DNA of 64,000 nt from Octopus vulgaris (GCA_951406725.2 OX597834.1:35836001-35900000); one strand, 5' to 3'. Positions 44,520 through 58,142 are shown, counted from the first letter of the stretch. Notes: generated by a model from the sequence alone, not told the origin. A program made the numbers and translations.

Positions 44520-44642
44520 ATTCCACCCTCTTCAAAATCTTCCATGTTGGCATCAAAATGGCCAGGTAGCAGAGTATTGTATTGCGAGCGGGACATTTTC
44601 GGTCGGATGTCTGTCCAGGTTTTAAGGCGAAAATAATATAGA
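44520..44642 (-). CDS. Candidate host-gene exon, product unknown (LYYFRLKTWTDIRPK-MSRSQYNTLLPGHFDANMEDFEEGG)
   Basis: Acceptor gtgtttcag, perfect donor AT|GTAAGT at 44519-44514, 123 nt open frame. ATGs in good context (AAAATG at 44596; GCCAACATGG). Sequence is unique and non-repetitive. Confidence 0.5.
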
Positions 44643-44990
44643 CTGAAACACCCAACAACAGGTGTGAATAATGTTGTTGATATTAACGATGATGATGATG
44701 GTGGTGGTGGTGATGGTGGTGGTGTCAATGATGGTTAAATACTAAATCAGATCCTAAAACTCCTTGTGGGGAAAGAAAGATTCACAAACTCAGTACCATC
44801 GCCGTTTCGCCGCTATGTAACGTATCTCGGCTCCGCCGCCGCCTCCGCCTCTGCTGCCGCCGTTTCCACCGCTACCACCACCACTGCCGCCGCCGCCGCC
44901 GTGTCTCTACCTGTGTGTATATGTGTGTATGTGCGTGTGTATGGATGCCTATGTGAGTATATGTGTGTGTTTGTGTATATATATATATAT

Positions 44991-45029
<39 letters not shown>

Positions 45030-46254
45030 TGTGTGTGTGTGTGTTTGTGTGTGCGTTTACCTGTAAAAGTGTTTATATGAAAGTGTGCTGATCTGCGAAT
45101 GTGTGTGTATGTATATAGATATATATGCGTGTGTGTGTGTGTGTGTGTGTATGTGTATATGTATATGTATATGTGTGTATGTGTTTTGTGCGTGTGGCGT
45201 GTATGTGTATGTGTATATGTATATGTATATGTGTGTATGTGTTTTGCCTTGGTGTGTGTTTGTGTGTATGTATATGTGGCGTGTGTGTGTATGTGTATAT
45301 GTATATGTGTGTGTATGTGTTTTGTGTATGTGTTTTGCCTTTGTGTGTGTTTGTGGTGTTTATTATGTGTGTATGTGTTTTGCCTTTGTGTGTGTTTGTG
45401 GTGTTTATTATAAAGCTTTGAGGCAGTCTGAGATGAATGTGAGAGAGAAAGAGAGAGAGAGGGAGAGAGAAGAAGGAATAAACGTGTATGTGTATGTGTG
45501 TACGTATATGTAATGTGCATGTGTTGGTGTGTGCGTGTGTATATTTGTGTGTGTGTGTGTGTGTGTGTGTATGCCTGTAGATATGTGTTAAGGGTGCTGT
45601 TTACTGGAAAACATTGTTTCTGAGAGAAGTGTGTGTGTGTGTGTGTGTGTGTCTGTGTGTGTGTATGTGTGTGTGTGAGTGTCTCTGTGTGTGTGTATAC
45701 GCGTGAGAGAGAAAACGGGTGTAGAAGAGAGGGAGTAGACGGAAAGAGAAAGTGTGTGTGGGTGAGGGACTGGGAACGATGGAAAGAGGGGTGGAAACTC
45801 CACATAGACACACGCACACACACACATACACACATATTCCCACACATACACACAAACTATATGTTATATTTAATTACATATTATTTCATCTCCACACACA
45901 CACACACACAAGCATACACATATGTATATATTATATTATTTTATCTATACACACACATACATACGAACACACACACACACACACATACATACGAACACAC
46001 ACACACGCACACAATAAATTATACATGATTTCCTTTCCATACACATATAAACATACACACACACACGTACACAAGCATATATTCATATACATACACATAC
46101 ATACTATATATTTCAAATATATATATAAATACTGACACATACATACGCACAGACTCTAAATAACATAACTTTATATATTTCATATACACACTCAAAAATC
46201 CACACACATATACACAAACGCATATACACTCATACGCACATTGCTTTCATATAT

Positions 46255-46310
<56 letters not shown>

Positions 46311-46421
46311 CACACAAATTTTTATATATACATTTTTATACATACACATATTTTATATACACATTTTTATGTATACACACGTTTTTATATATACACATTT
46401 TATGCATTATTTCACCTGCAA

Positions 46422-46471
<50 letters not shown>

Positions 46472-46996
46472 TGTAAAACACGCATAAACACACAAACCCA
46501 TACAGCGAGGGGGAAGAGATAAAGAGAGAAGAAGAAAGAGTAAGAGAGCGAGAGAGAGTGAGAGAGTGAGGGAGAGAGAGACGGAATGGGTGAAGGGTGG
46601 TAAGAAGAGAATGAATCCAAAAAAACAACAAGGGTGCATGGAGAACGAATGAGATGGGCTGGGGGTAGGGGTGAGAGAGATGGAGAGTGGAGATGGAGAG
46701 TGGAGTGAGATGATGGAGTGAGGGTGGGAGAGAGGGGTGGGAGTGGAGTATGAGTGGCGTGAAGAGATTGGATGGAATGGCGGTAGCAGAAAGGTGGGGG
46801 GGGGGGATGGTTGGTGAATGGTAACAAATACACATGAATGAGAATTAAGGTACGTCTGCTCATAGGAGTATGTATGTGCACGTATGTAGGTATGTATGCA
46901 CTTATATATGTATATATATATGTATGTATATATCTATCAATCAATCAATCTATCTATCAATCACTCCGTCCGTGAGTCCGCCTGTCTGTCCGTCTG

Positions 46997-47153
<157 letters not shown>

Positions 47154-47249
47154 TATGTATTATGTATGTATACTTGTCTGTGCATATGGATGTATACACA
47201 CAAACACGCACACACACATACACATGTATATATATGTAGGTAGATAGAC

Positions 47250-47301
<52 letters not shown>

Positions 47302-47419
47302 TAATATGCATATATATATATATATGTATATGTATGATATCTATCTATATGTATATCATTGTTTCTATCAAACTACATGTACATACATACATACAAGTAC
47401 AACACACACACACATATAA

Positions 47420-47464
<45 letters not shown>

Positions 47465-47671
47465 GTATGTACGTATGCATGAATAAATGTATGGATGTAG
47501 GTGTAAATGTGTGTTTATGTATGTGCATGGATATGTATGCGGGTATTTATGTTTTGGTAGCAAAGTGCATATGTATGAGTGAACGTTTGATGGTTTATAA
47601 ATATAGAGATGGGATTCAATCATCGATGACCCACATCAGACGTGGCTAAATAACAGCATCTGTATATTCTG

Positions 47672-47994
47672 TTATTCTCTTACTTGTCAGTCACTTGACG
47701 GCGACCATGCTCGAGCACAACCTATAGTCGAGCATATCAACCCCAGGACTTATTCTTTGTTACGGGGACGTAAACACACCGACATCGGATGTCAAACAAT
47801 GTTGGCGGGGACAAACATAGACACACAATCATATACACACACACACATACATATCACGACGGGCTTCTTTCACAAGGCTTTGATCGGCCCGAGGCTATAG
47901 TAGAAGACACTTGCCCAAGATGCCATGCAGTAGGACTGAACCCGAACCATTCGGTTGGTAAGCAAGCTACTTATCACCCAGCCACTCCTGCGCC
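47672..47994 (-). mobile_element. SINE S1 with internal deletions
   Basis: Head GGCGCAGGAGTGGC; tail GCATGGTCGCCGTCAAGTGACTGA. Confidence 0.85.
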
Positions 47995-48057
47995 TATCTA
48001 TCTATCTCTATATATATACACACATACATATATGTATATGTATGCGTGTGTATAGAC

Positions 48058-48120
<63 letters not shown>

Positions 48121-48190
48121 TGTGTCTGTGTGTGTGTATGTATGTGTGTGTGTGTGTGTATATATATACATATATATATATATACACACA

Positions 48191-48353
48191 AAATGGGACA
48201 AGAACGCAAAACATCCCGATAGACGATACAAGGAATACAAGAATGGGTCATTCGGAGATTTCTTTTCTCAGTCGAGTTCCAAATTATCTTTGCAATTTCG
48301 GCTGGTTATACTCGAGATTGCTCCAATCTGGCCAGCCCCAAGGAAAAACTAAG
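48191..48353 (-). mobile_element. Family C short element with hairpin GGCTGG...CCAGCC-GAAA-TTGCAA
   Basis: Homologous to 35826-36009; abuts a TA/CA repeat. Confidence 0.65.
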
Positions 48354-48574
48354 CCTTCAAAGTGTGATGTGATGTAGCGGTCACTAGTCCAAGAGAGACT
48401 TCACTTCATGTCTTTGAAACTGTCTTCTTTAAGTCTTTGGGAAATATTTCTATGAATAGTATTTTTGGTATACTGAGCGTTTCACATCTAGATCTTCTCT
48501 GAGGTATGTTAATCTGGCTGTCTGACGGTTGTATGGGAGGAAGAGAATGCCGGCACGTAGGATATCATATGCAT

Positions 48575-48685
48575 GCCATTGTTCAGTTTTATTTCTAGAT
48601 TTCTTGCCAATGTAGAAAGAGCCGGTTTCTAACCTAGATTCAAGGCTCCTTCAATGGAATTTCGACATCAACAACAGGGTATTTT
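48575..48685 (-). mobile_element. Family D short element (second copy at 53612-53685, plus strand)
   Basis: Shared TCTAGGTTAGAAAC.GG.TCTTTCT.CATTGGCAAGAA...GAAATAAAACTGA.CAATG. Confidence 0.7.
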
Positions 48686-48949
48686 TGCATGTATGTATGA
48701 ATGTATGTATGTGTGCATATTTGTATGTATCCATCCGTCCGTCCATCCATTCATATGCATACAGACATATAGATACATGCATACATACATACATAACTAC
48801 ATGGAAACATATATGCATGCATGCATTCATACATACATGCATATTTATAAATATATATATATAATATAAATAATATATGAATATATGCATATATACATAC
48901 ATATATGTACATACCTACATATATATGTATATATACATGCATATATGAG

Positions 48950-49430
48950 TCCTCCTAGCGTTCATACTAATTTTTCTATCGTCTTGGCTTAACAACCCAT
49001 GCTGTTTGTTTTTACTCTTTTGTTCTTGTTACCATTTTCACCCTCTGCAAAAAATCCCAAATTTGATTTAATTTGCTTTGCGGGGAGAATTGTTTCAACG
49101 AAGTCGCGTATTGTCCTTGCCTTCGTAAAGCGGGGTAGATGAAACAGGGACAACTAATGAAGGGGAATATTCTTTATGTTGCATGTCTCGTTACTCTGTT
49201 ATTTTCGTTGTTCTATGTTTTTGTTTTTATGTTTACGTTTCTCATTGTGTTCAACGTTTTTATGTCCTGTACCCATATATGCATGTATATATACATATAT
49301 ATATAGGTATGTACATATATGTATATAAGAATATATTTATATATTATTTATATTATTATATGATGGAACGCCACGCACCCATTTCCAAGTAAGTTTTATC
49401 TTATATATATATAGATACCTACTGCCTAAA
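48950..49430 (+). mobile_element. Family E pLTR-like element (homologue at 59335-59780, minus strand)
   Basis: Shared CCTCTGCAA, TTGCCTTCG, CT(A/G)ATGAAGGGG, GTCCTGTAC and the TA-rich tail. Confidence 0.7.
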
Positions 49431-49450
49431 TAAAATCAGTAAAACGAAGA

Positions 49451-49632
49451 TTAAAACAGTTATAAAAAGGGCGGTAAAGAAGCGTTAAACAGTTCAAAAC
49501 GGTTTTAATGGAGCATTAAAACAGTTATAAAAGAGCGCAAATTCAGTGTTAAACAGTTATAAGAACAGCAGATATGTAACATTAAAACTGTTATATATGC
49601 CACATCAATGAAGCGCTAAAACAGTTATGAAG
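49451..49632 (+). repeat. Degenerate ~33-bp tandem array (6 units)
   Basis: Core TTAAA(A)CAGTTATA at 49451, 49485, 49516, 49549, 49582 and 49616. Confidence 0.8.
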
Positions 49633-49769
49633 ATATTGTAAAATTGTGAGAAATATTTTAGGATCAGTACAAAAATTACGTTAAATCACCATAAAACGTA
49701 CATTTAGCAAAACAATTCTAAAGTCAATATTTAAGTATTTAAAGTCAATTTTACCACTGTTTAATATCC

Positions 49770-49821
<52 letters not shown>

Positions 49822-51015
49822 CATGTATGTGCGCGTGTGTGTGTCAATAAATTGACAGGGTAGCGTTAAAATAGCATGAAAAATATTAAATTTGTTACAA
49901 AAGTAATCGAATAAAATAGTTGGTAAAACAACTCCGAAGACGGTAAAATAAACGAAAAATACAATGGGAGACAAAATTTAATATTTCCAGAGCAGTTTAT
50001 AAAAATTAAAGGCAAAATAAATTAGAAAATTGCGTAAAAACAATGAAAATAAGAGTTCTTGTAAAAACAGTTATAAAGACAGGCGACATCATAGAAAAAG
50101 AATTAATTTTAAAAATAAAATAGTTGAAATGTAAAATAATTGTAAAAAAAAAACATCAATGAAACTTAATGCACAAAATCAACGCGAAAACCAAATCAAT
50201 AAAGAATAAAACCCGTGTTCAAACAGAAGAGAGACTATCTTAAATGTAATCGTAAGGATTGGGAAAGTAAGATTAAAAAATATATTCCGTTAAAATTTGT
50301 AAAATGTAATACATAGGAATGCAAAACCGGTAATGTAATCACAGTATAAACTTTAAATTATACTTTATAAACAGATTGTACGGAAAACATGCTTTATAAA
50401 CAATGTAAAGCTAGTATAAAGAAGTCGTAAGAACTTCAAAAACACTACGAAAACATCGTAAATAATTGTTATATCAAACAGTATGACGAAAGTGTGTTTA
50501 AATCTTTTTTCAAACAATGAGGAAACAATGTAAATAGACACAAAATAAACAGAAGATAGCTAACATGCTTAAAAAATGTTTTTTTTAAAAGATAAGTAAA
50601 AAATGTCATAAAATAGTGTAAGAAAAAACCATTGTAAAACTATGTAAAGCGGTGTAGAGAGAGAGTGTTAAAATATCGTCAAAAACGTTAAAACGTCGAA
50701 CGCGCGTTAAAGTAACACGCAACAACGTTAAGTATTTTAAGACAACGTTAAAATATTGCAAAAAAACGTAAAAATATGTACAGCCTTTTAAAACTATCTT
50801 GCATGCTTAAGCTGTGTTTAAAAGCGTGTCAGAGTATATATTATATAAGACAGCGTAAAATAATATAAAAAAAACATGTAAAACCGTGTAAGGCATCAAA
50901 GGAAATGTTAATGTGAAAAACGTAATAGCTTGTAAAACAGCGTTCATGTTATATAAAACTACGTAGGTTATTTTAAAATAATGTTAAAATGTTGCAAAAA
51001 ACTGCGTTGAAATTA

Positions 51016-51720
51016 TACAAAAAGGTACTCAAAAGGAACCGTGGTTTTGCAATATTATTTTATTCACTTAGTTTTACATGTTTGCACTTTTATCGCCTTC
51101 AAAGTATTCTCCATTTGAAGCAATGCATTGGTCCAGGAGCGTTTTCTATTATTCGAAGCAGTGCTGGAACTTTTATGAAGTGATGCCTTTTAACGCCTCC
51201 CTCGTTTTTTTCTTCACCTCTTCCACATCTGCAAATTCCGTAGCACCAGCTTTTGCCACCAGTGATGATCTTCGAAAAAAAAAAAAAATTCCAAATGTTT
51301 TTTTCAGTTCACGACACACATTCAGTCGTGACTACTTTTGATCTTCCGAGAGCAAGCGAAGCACAAATTTAACTGCAACTCTTTCCATTCACAATTCCTC
51401 GCTCAAAATTCGTTGGCAGGAGCTCCAGGACACACCAGTAATATCAACAAGTTCGTCATTTGTTCAACGAAGATCAGTTCATGAATTTTCATGATGTTTC
51501 CATTCGTTCGGGAAGTCTATGATCTTGAACGAGGTTGGTCTTCGATCGACAAGTGACCATTCCTAAAGCGTGAAAACCACTCGTAAACTTGCGTTTTGCT
51601 TATGGCAGCTTCATTGTAAGCAGTTAGCAGCACGACAACTGTTTCGACCGCCATTTACCCCGGCAGAAAACAGAATTTCATGGAAGCACGCTATTCCTTC
51701 GTTTCAGCCATCGCAAAAAA
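51016..51720 (-). mobile_element. Internally deleted mariner transposon (irritans-like)
   Basis: N-terminus MAETKE*RASMKFCFL...AYNEAAISKTQVYEWFSRFRNGHLSIEDQPRS (ATG at 51711). C-terminus EVKKKTREALKGI...LDQCIASNGEYFEGD. Catalytic core missing; one decayed TIR at about 51016. Confidence 0.9.
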
Positions 51721-51829
51721 AAGTCTAGGGTGTGATTTGTTAAACATATTCATAAATTTTGGGAGACGATCCAGCTTCCCATGAATTTTACTCACACTCC
51801 TTCTCTCTATAAACTGCACCTAGGGTCTT

Positions 51830-52310
51830 TGTTAAGTCAACCAATATCTGGCATGAAGACCAAAGCTCCTACTGATTGGTACATTTGTCTTGAAGTGGTT
51901 TCAGAGATAAAAAATCATATCCATGGTACACCTAATTGTTCATAGAACAAATCGGCTTTTGTTTTTCTTGATCTTTATTTTTCGAAGCTCTGAGAGGGCA
52001 GATGTCTTTCATTAACTGTTTCAGCAACGGTTTGGCTAAAAAGCTTGCCTATCGACTTCATGACACCGATGCCACGATAATTATCACAAACGGATTTATA
52101 TCCTTTTGCCTTTGCATATCGAGAGAAGAATTCCATCAATACAGTCTTGTAGTACACGAGTTCTTTTCCATCTGTTTGTTATCAGATTAAGCATGGCAGA
52201 TGGAAACTTTTCGCCCCACCCCAATTTGTAACGGATCTATTGGAATACAATCTAATACTACTGGCTCATTGCTGTCATTGATCTGTTTAACCGCCAAAAA
52301 ACCCAGGTTT
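51830..52310 (-). mobile_element. RTE-clade LINE RT fragment
   Basis: KGYKSVCDNYRGIGVMKSIGKLF...ERHLP is the RTE motif CDNYRGISLL..GK.F. Confidence 0.75.
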
Positions 52311-52478
52311 ACTACAGTCCATATGATGAAGAATAGATACTAACCTGCGTACGCACATACATGCATAGACATATGTGTGTATGTATATAAACAAATATAG
52401 ATAGTTTCATGTATATATATATGTGTGTGTATTATGTATAAACATAAATAGATGGTTTCATGTATATATATATATATT

Positions 52479-52535
<57 letters not shown>

Positions 52536-52828
52536 ATGAATCCATCTATTTATGTACTGTATAGATAATGAATAATATATAGTCTATTGACTAGTTTTTG
52601 TACACGCTAGGCCACGGTGGTTAAAATTTCTAAATATTTTATTCTAATCTAATATTTTACTACCCTGAAATTTATTAATAATAATTCTTTTGGCTAATTT
52701 TGAAAGAAAATTGGCATTATTTGCTGCCGAAAAGAATCTGCTCTTGCGCGGTGGATTTGAAAAAATTATAACAAGTAAGCACGAGGTATGTTCTGTATTG
52801 CCTCGGACTTATAATGTTAATCTTTGGC

Positions 52829-52903
52829 TTTCCTGTTGATGAGAGCTTCGCCAAGTAAATTACTTTATTTACTGAAGATAGCTTGAAACCATGGTACAGG
52901 AAA
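52829..52903 (+). ncRNA. Type I hammerhead motif with a 7-bp stem I
   Basis: TTTCCTG-TTGATGA-GAGCT...AGCTT-GAAA-CCATGG-TA-CAGGAAA; C3 is U. Confidence 0.7.
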
Positions 52904-53062
52904 TAAATGGTAAATGTTTTTATTTTTCATTCCCTTTCAGAATTACCCCTAATTGTTGTTTGGATTTTAACTACTCCTTCTGGCGGTTTAGATGTCCGAT
53001 TATGGCCATCTCTTACGCGTTTAAATGTACACTGTATATATATAATGAATATATATACATAC

Positions 53063-53610
53063 ATGCAAGAAAGAGTAAACAGAGTAGCCAGGGCGGTGGA
53101 AAATATAAAAAGAGACCCCCAAAGCCTTCTACAAGTTCGCAAAAGAGTCTGCCTCAGTGCGATACCGGATAGGTCCACTATTTCATGAAAAGGGCTCACT
53201 GAATGCAGACTCCGAAGAGGATAAGTGAAGCACTCAATAAACAATTCCAAAGTGTTTTCACCTCTCCACTAGAAAACATGAAAATAAGCAAACCTGATGA
53301 GTTCTTCAACACCTCTAACCTACAAGAGAAAAAGGCGACGATCAATTACTTTGTCGTTACAGAAGAGGATGTCTTGTCGGCCATTGACGAGATAAACCCA
53401 AACTCTGCTGCTGCAGGCCCAGATGGACTCCCAGCAATTCTGTTAAAAACATGCAAAAAAGCTCTTGCAAAACCACTGCAAATGCTTTTCCAGAGTTCCC
53501 TTGAATGCGGTACACTTCCTCAAACGTTAAAGGAAGGGATAATCTGCCCTGCCCACAAAGGAGGAAGCAGAGCAGATGCTATAAACTACAGGCCTATCTC
53601 TCCGATCTAA
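53063..53610 (+). mobile_element. CR1/L2-group LINE ORF2 fragment
   Basis: NIKRDP..FYKFAK...IGPL, then AAGPDGLPAILLKTCKKALAKPL...ICPAHKGGSRADAINYRPIS. Confidence 0.9.
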
Positions 53611-53874
53611 CATGTCTAGGTTAGAAACGGGATCTTTCTGCATTGGCAAGAATTCTTGAAATAAAACTGAGCAATGACATACAGACATACATAAACGTGT
53701 ATGTACGTACGAACATACATGCATAAATACATGTGTGCAAATACACATACTTCATATATACATATACGTTTATACCTATATCTTTGCACATATATATATA
53801 CAACCACGGACCCGCATATACATACTTGCACACATACATATAGATATATAGGTGTGTGTGTGTGTATATATCTA

Positions 53875-53914
<40 letters not shown>

Positions 53915-54782
53915 CATAGATATATATATAGATATGCACACACATAAATAAATGTGTATGTATATATATATATGCATATATATGTACATATATATGTGTG
54001 TGTGTATATATATATATATATTCACATACATAGATATACACAAACACACATACACACACCTAAAACACACATTCAAATACACAAATACATAAGCACGAGC
54101 ACACACACACATACATACTAACACATAAACACACATACTAACACACACACATATACTAACACATACACACACATACTAACACACACACACGCACTGACAC
54201 ATGCGTACTTAATGCCATCTGGCTATTTTCATGGCTAGTTTTTTTCTCATTTTCTGTAATGAATTCAATGTAAATATTTACTCATGGCCGCGTTATTTGA
54301 ATCGGTCAAATCACGGCAGCGGCTTGATAAGTTCGATGAGAGGGGGCTGGGGTGGGTGGGAGTGGGTGGGGGTGGGATGAGGTTTGTAAGGGAGCTTGCG
54401 GGGTAGCGTTGTATTGGGAGGAGGGACGCTGGCGGGGTTTTGTAGTGGGTGGTGGCTGTGGTTGTAGGGGGTGAGAAGTAGGATGATGTGAGGTGGTGGG
54501 TGGCGATGATGATGGTGGTGGCGGCGGTGGTGGTGGTTGTGGTGGTGGGTATTTGTTGTGGTTGTAGTGGGGCGAGATAAAAGTGGGATGAGGTGGAAAT
54601 ATAAAGACAGGCTGACCAAGTGGAGGATGAGGAAGAGGTAGAAAGAAAAGGTGACAAAGGTAGGTTTGTGTGTGTGTGTGTGTATGCGTGCGTATACATA
54701 TATACATAACACACACACCATATATAAGATATATATACATGTATGTATATACATATTTACATACATCCATATGCACACTCAC

Positions 54783-54920
<138 letters not shown>

Positions 54921-55012
54921 TATGCATATATATATATGTATGTGTACATTGGTACAATATATATGCGTGTGTGTATGTGAATGTGTACACGCACGCACAC
55001 ACAGATAGATAA

Positions 55013-55092
<80 letters not shown>

Positions 55093-55521
55093 GGAGGGAC
55101 GAAGTGATGGTGAGATGCAGAGCGTGACAGACACTAACAAATAGACGACACCGAGAGACAGAGAGTGACAAAGTAGGAGAATAGGAGTAGCGGTAGGAGG
55201 AATAGATGGAAGAGCGAGGAGCTTAAAAACAGGAGGGAAGTGGTGGTGGGGGGGAACATTTTGTCTCGCTGGTTGGTGTGTTGGTGAGGGTACCGTGTTA
55301 GTCCTCGCTTTGTTTTCATAGAGATTGTACGAGTTATTGTAGTGGCGTCACATAACAACAAGGTTCTCTAATGAATGAATAGAGGAATAGACGAATAACG
55401 GAATGAGATCAATGAAATTTACGTGAATGACACACGATGGATGACGACTGCAACTGATAGAAGTTAGTGTTGTGTTACTTGATACACGGACTGTTGGAGG
55501 ACTAAACAAGAAAATACATAA

Positions 55522-55745
55522 ACGAGGGGGTGCTGAAAAGTTCCTGGCTTTTTGGTTAAAAGAAAATACAGGAGGATCAGTTAATTATGATTCTTTTCAA
55601 TATATTCCCCTCTCAGATTCACACATTTATTTGCAGGAGTCCTTCAGTTTTCCTAAGCTCTGTAAAAGAACCCAGCAGGCCCTGGCCTCCAACTGGGCCA
55701 TTCTCGACACCCTTAAAGACAGGAACTTTTCAGCAATCCCTCGTA
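55522..55745. mobile_element. Mariner-derived MITE
   Basis: ~30-bp TIRs ACGAGGGGGTGCTGAAAAGTTCCTGGCTTT / AAAGACAGGAACTTTTCAGCAATCCCTCGT. Internal minus-strand CVNLRGEY transposase tail. Confidence 0.85.
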
Positions 55746-55748
55746 TTT

Positions 55749-55914
55749 AGGCGCAAGTGTAACTTTGTGGCAAGAAGTTTGCTATCTGAACACATGGTTT
55801 CCGGGTTCGGCCCCACCGCATGGCACCTTGGGCAAATGTCTTCAACTATTGCCTCGGGCCGACCAAAAACCTTGTGAGTGTATTTGGAAGACGGAAACTG
55901 GAAAGAAGCCCGTC

Positions 55915-55953
<39 letters not shown>

Positions 55954-56152
55954 CATATATATATATATTGTGTGTGTGTATATACATAGGTGCAGGAGTG
56001 GCTGTGTGGTAAGTAGCTTGCTTACCAACCACATGGTTCCGGTTTCAGTCCCACTGCGTGGCATCTTGGGCAAATGTCTTCAACTATAGCCTCGGGCCGA
56101 CCAAAAACCTTGTGAGTGTATTTGGTTGACAGAAACTGGAAAGAAGCCCGTC
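55749..56152 (+). mobile_element. Two tandem SINE S1 5' halves
   Basis: 55749-55915 and 55989-56152 share diagnostic variants (AAAAACCTTGTGAGTGTATTTGG). Confidence 0.9.
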
Positions 56153-56153
56153 G

Positions 56154-56190
<37 letters not shown>

Positions 56191-56300
56191 TTGTGTGTAT
56201 GTGTATGTTTATGTCTATTTATTATAAAAACAATTTCACATTAATTTCATGCATTCTTTTGTAGTGTACAAATTTATTATCCTTATACAAGAGTGCTTTT

Positions 56301-57000
56301 GACAGTGACTTCAAAGTTTCGGCCGGTTAAGCCATCGTCGGTCACAATAAATACTGTCACACCTTGTGCCTACTTAGCAAAAATTAAACACATACGGGCT
56401 TGTTCACAAAGTTGTAGATACATGAATAGATTCTAAAAATATACCATTACACCAAATTGAATCAATAAAATATTTTCCAAAACACCTTTCCATAACAATC
56501 AACCAAAAAGACCAGACGTTATGTACTTCAAAAAATTCTCATAGATACTGAATGCTTCTTTATAAGCATATAATTCAATCTAGCAGCTATAGTAAATGGT
56601 ACGCGCATAGTAAATGGTACGCTGGACTAATTCACTTCTGCACTCAAATTCTTAATCTTTTAATTTCTCCCATTCATGCAAAGCCACATATTCGAGTTCA
56701 AATCCTTGATACATTTTATACTAATTGCTATTTTTTCTTTTAATTGTTGTATTACGATTTAATTACTATACTTTAGTTTTATTTTAGTTACTACTTACTA
56801 TATTTACTATATTTAATTCAATTGTTATTATTACCTCTAACTTTTATTGCTATTTTTATTTCTAAATTTCTTATGGCACGTCGAGTGGATCTTATACGTA
56901 CAATATATTTTTATATGATGTTTATATATTTATATATTACTATATATTTCTAAACGTCGGGCTTTATAGTTGTTCTGTAGATATAAATGAATATATGAAT
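56301..57000 (-). mobile_element. Highly decayed PLE 3' end with a hammerhead-like motif (56301-56348)
   Basis: CG(L)CMN-EKL and RSELVQR remnants at about 56600-56700, followed by CCGACGA-T-GGC..GCC-GAAA-CTTTGAAG-TC. Confidence 0.4.
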
Positions 57001-57177
57001 ATATGTATATGTTTGATCTTTCTGTGGATTTTGTAGTGTTCTTGTAGTTGCTGCTCGCATTGCCTGCCCTCGGATTAAAAAGTGTATACAGCTCATTTGA
57101 GCACTACTATTCCAGTCTGTTATATATTTTGAGCGTTGTTGTCACTAACGATCTCAAGATATAACTTTATATTTTGT

Positions 57178-57243
<66 letters not shown>

Positions 57244-57339
57244 CATATAGATACAATAGAGAGATGTTTTTGTTTCACTTTTAACACGTAATACTGAAAT
57301 AGTGGAAAAGATATGATATTGCTATGGGCTCGCCCTAGG

Positions 57340-57480
57340 CAAGAAGTTGAACATTTTTTTGCCCATGTCACTACATGGACCCTAAGTAAGGCATGTGTAA
57401 AATTTGAATGAAATTGGTTGTGTAGTTCTCAAGTTTTAAGGAAACACACAGACAGACACACATTCTCAGTTTTATATATA
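57340..57480 (-). mobile_element. Helitron-like 5' end
   Basis: TATATATAAAACTGAGAATGTGTGTCTGTCTG...AACCAATTTCATTCAAATTTTACAC has the same layout as the 40157 element. Confidence 0.55.
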
Positions 57481-57656
57481 TCGTCTGTCGTAACGTTCCG
57501 AGTTCAAATTCCGCTGAGGTCGACTTTGCCTTTCATCCTTTCGGGGTCGATAAATTAAGTACCAGTTACGCACTGGGGTCGATGTAATCGACTTAATCCC
57601 TTTGTCTGTCCTTGTTTGTCCCCTCTATGTTTAGCTCCTTGTGGGTAGTGAAGAAA
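57481..57656 (+). mobile_element. SINE S2
   Basis: Matches 24550-24718. Confidence 0.9.
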
Positions 57657-57951
57657 TATATATATATAGATTGTAATTATGTATATATAATCACACATAC
57701 ACATACACATACACACATACTTATCTACATACATACATACATACATACATACATACATACATACAAACAAACGCAGATACACAAGCACGTGCACTCACCC
57801 ATTCAGAAGCACCGGCTGAGAATTTAATATAAATGATATAAAAAAAACGGCTGTGGATTTATCTATGATTACGTTTGTGTGCATATGCGCGTGTCTGTCT
57901 GCTCACAAGTGTATGCATGTATGTATACATAATCAAAGTTAAACACACGCG

Positions 57952-57986
<35 letters not shown>

Positions 57987-57998
57987 ATGCAGGCACAA

Positions 57999-58142
57999 CG
58001 ATATGCACCAGGAAGAGCTCCAGGTACTTCAGTCAGAGCAATGGATGCTTAAAACGAAAGCCATAAAACTGAAGTAGGGTAAGGATAAAAATCTTATGCT
58101 TTATTGTCCCCGTTTATGTATTATAGTTTGTCTTCCAATCAT

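Noticed and set aside
49451-49632. CRISPR-like repeat/spacer appearance
   Set aside because: The core is only ~14 bp and imperfect, the linkers partly resemble each other, the context is eukaryotic and there are no cas genes.
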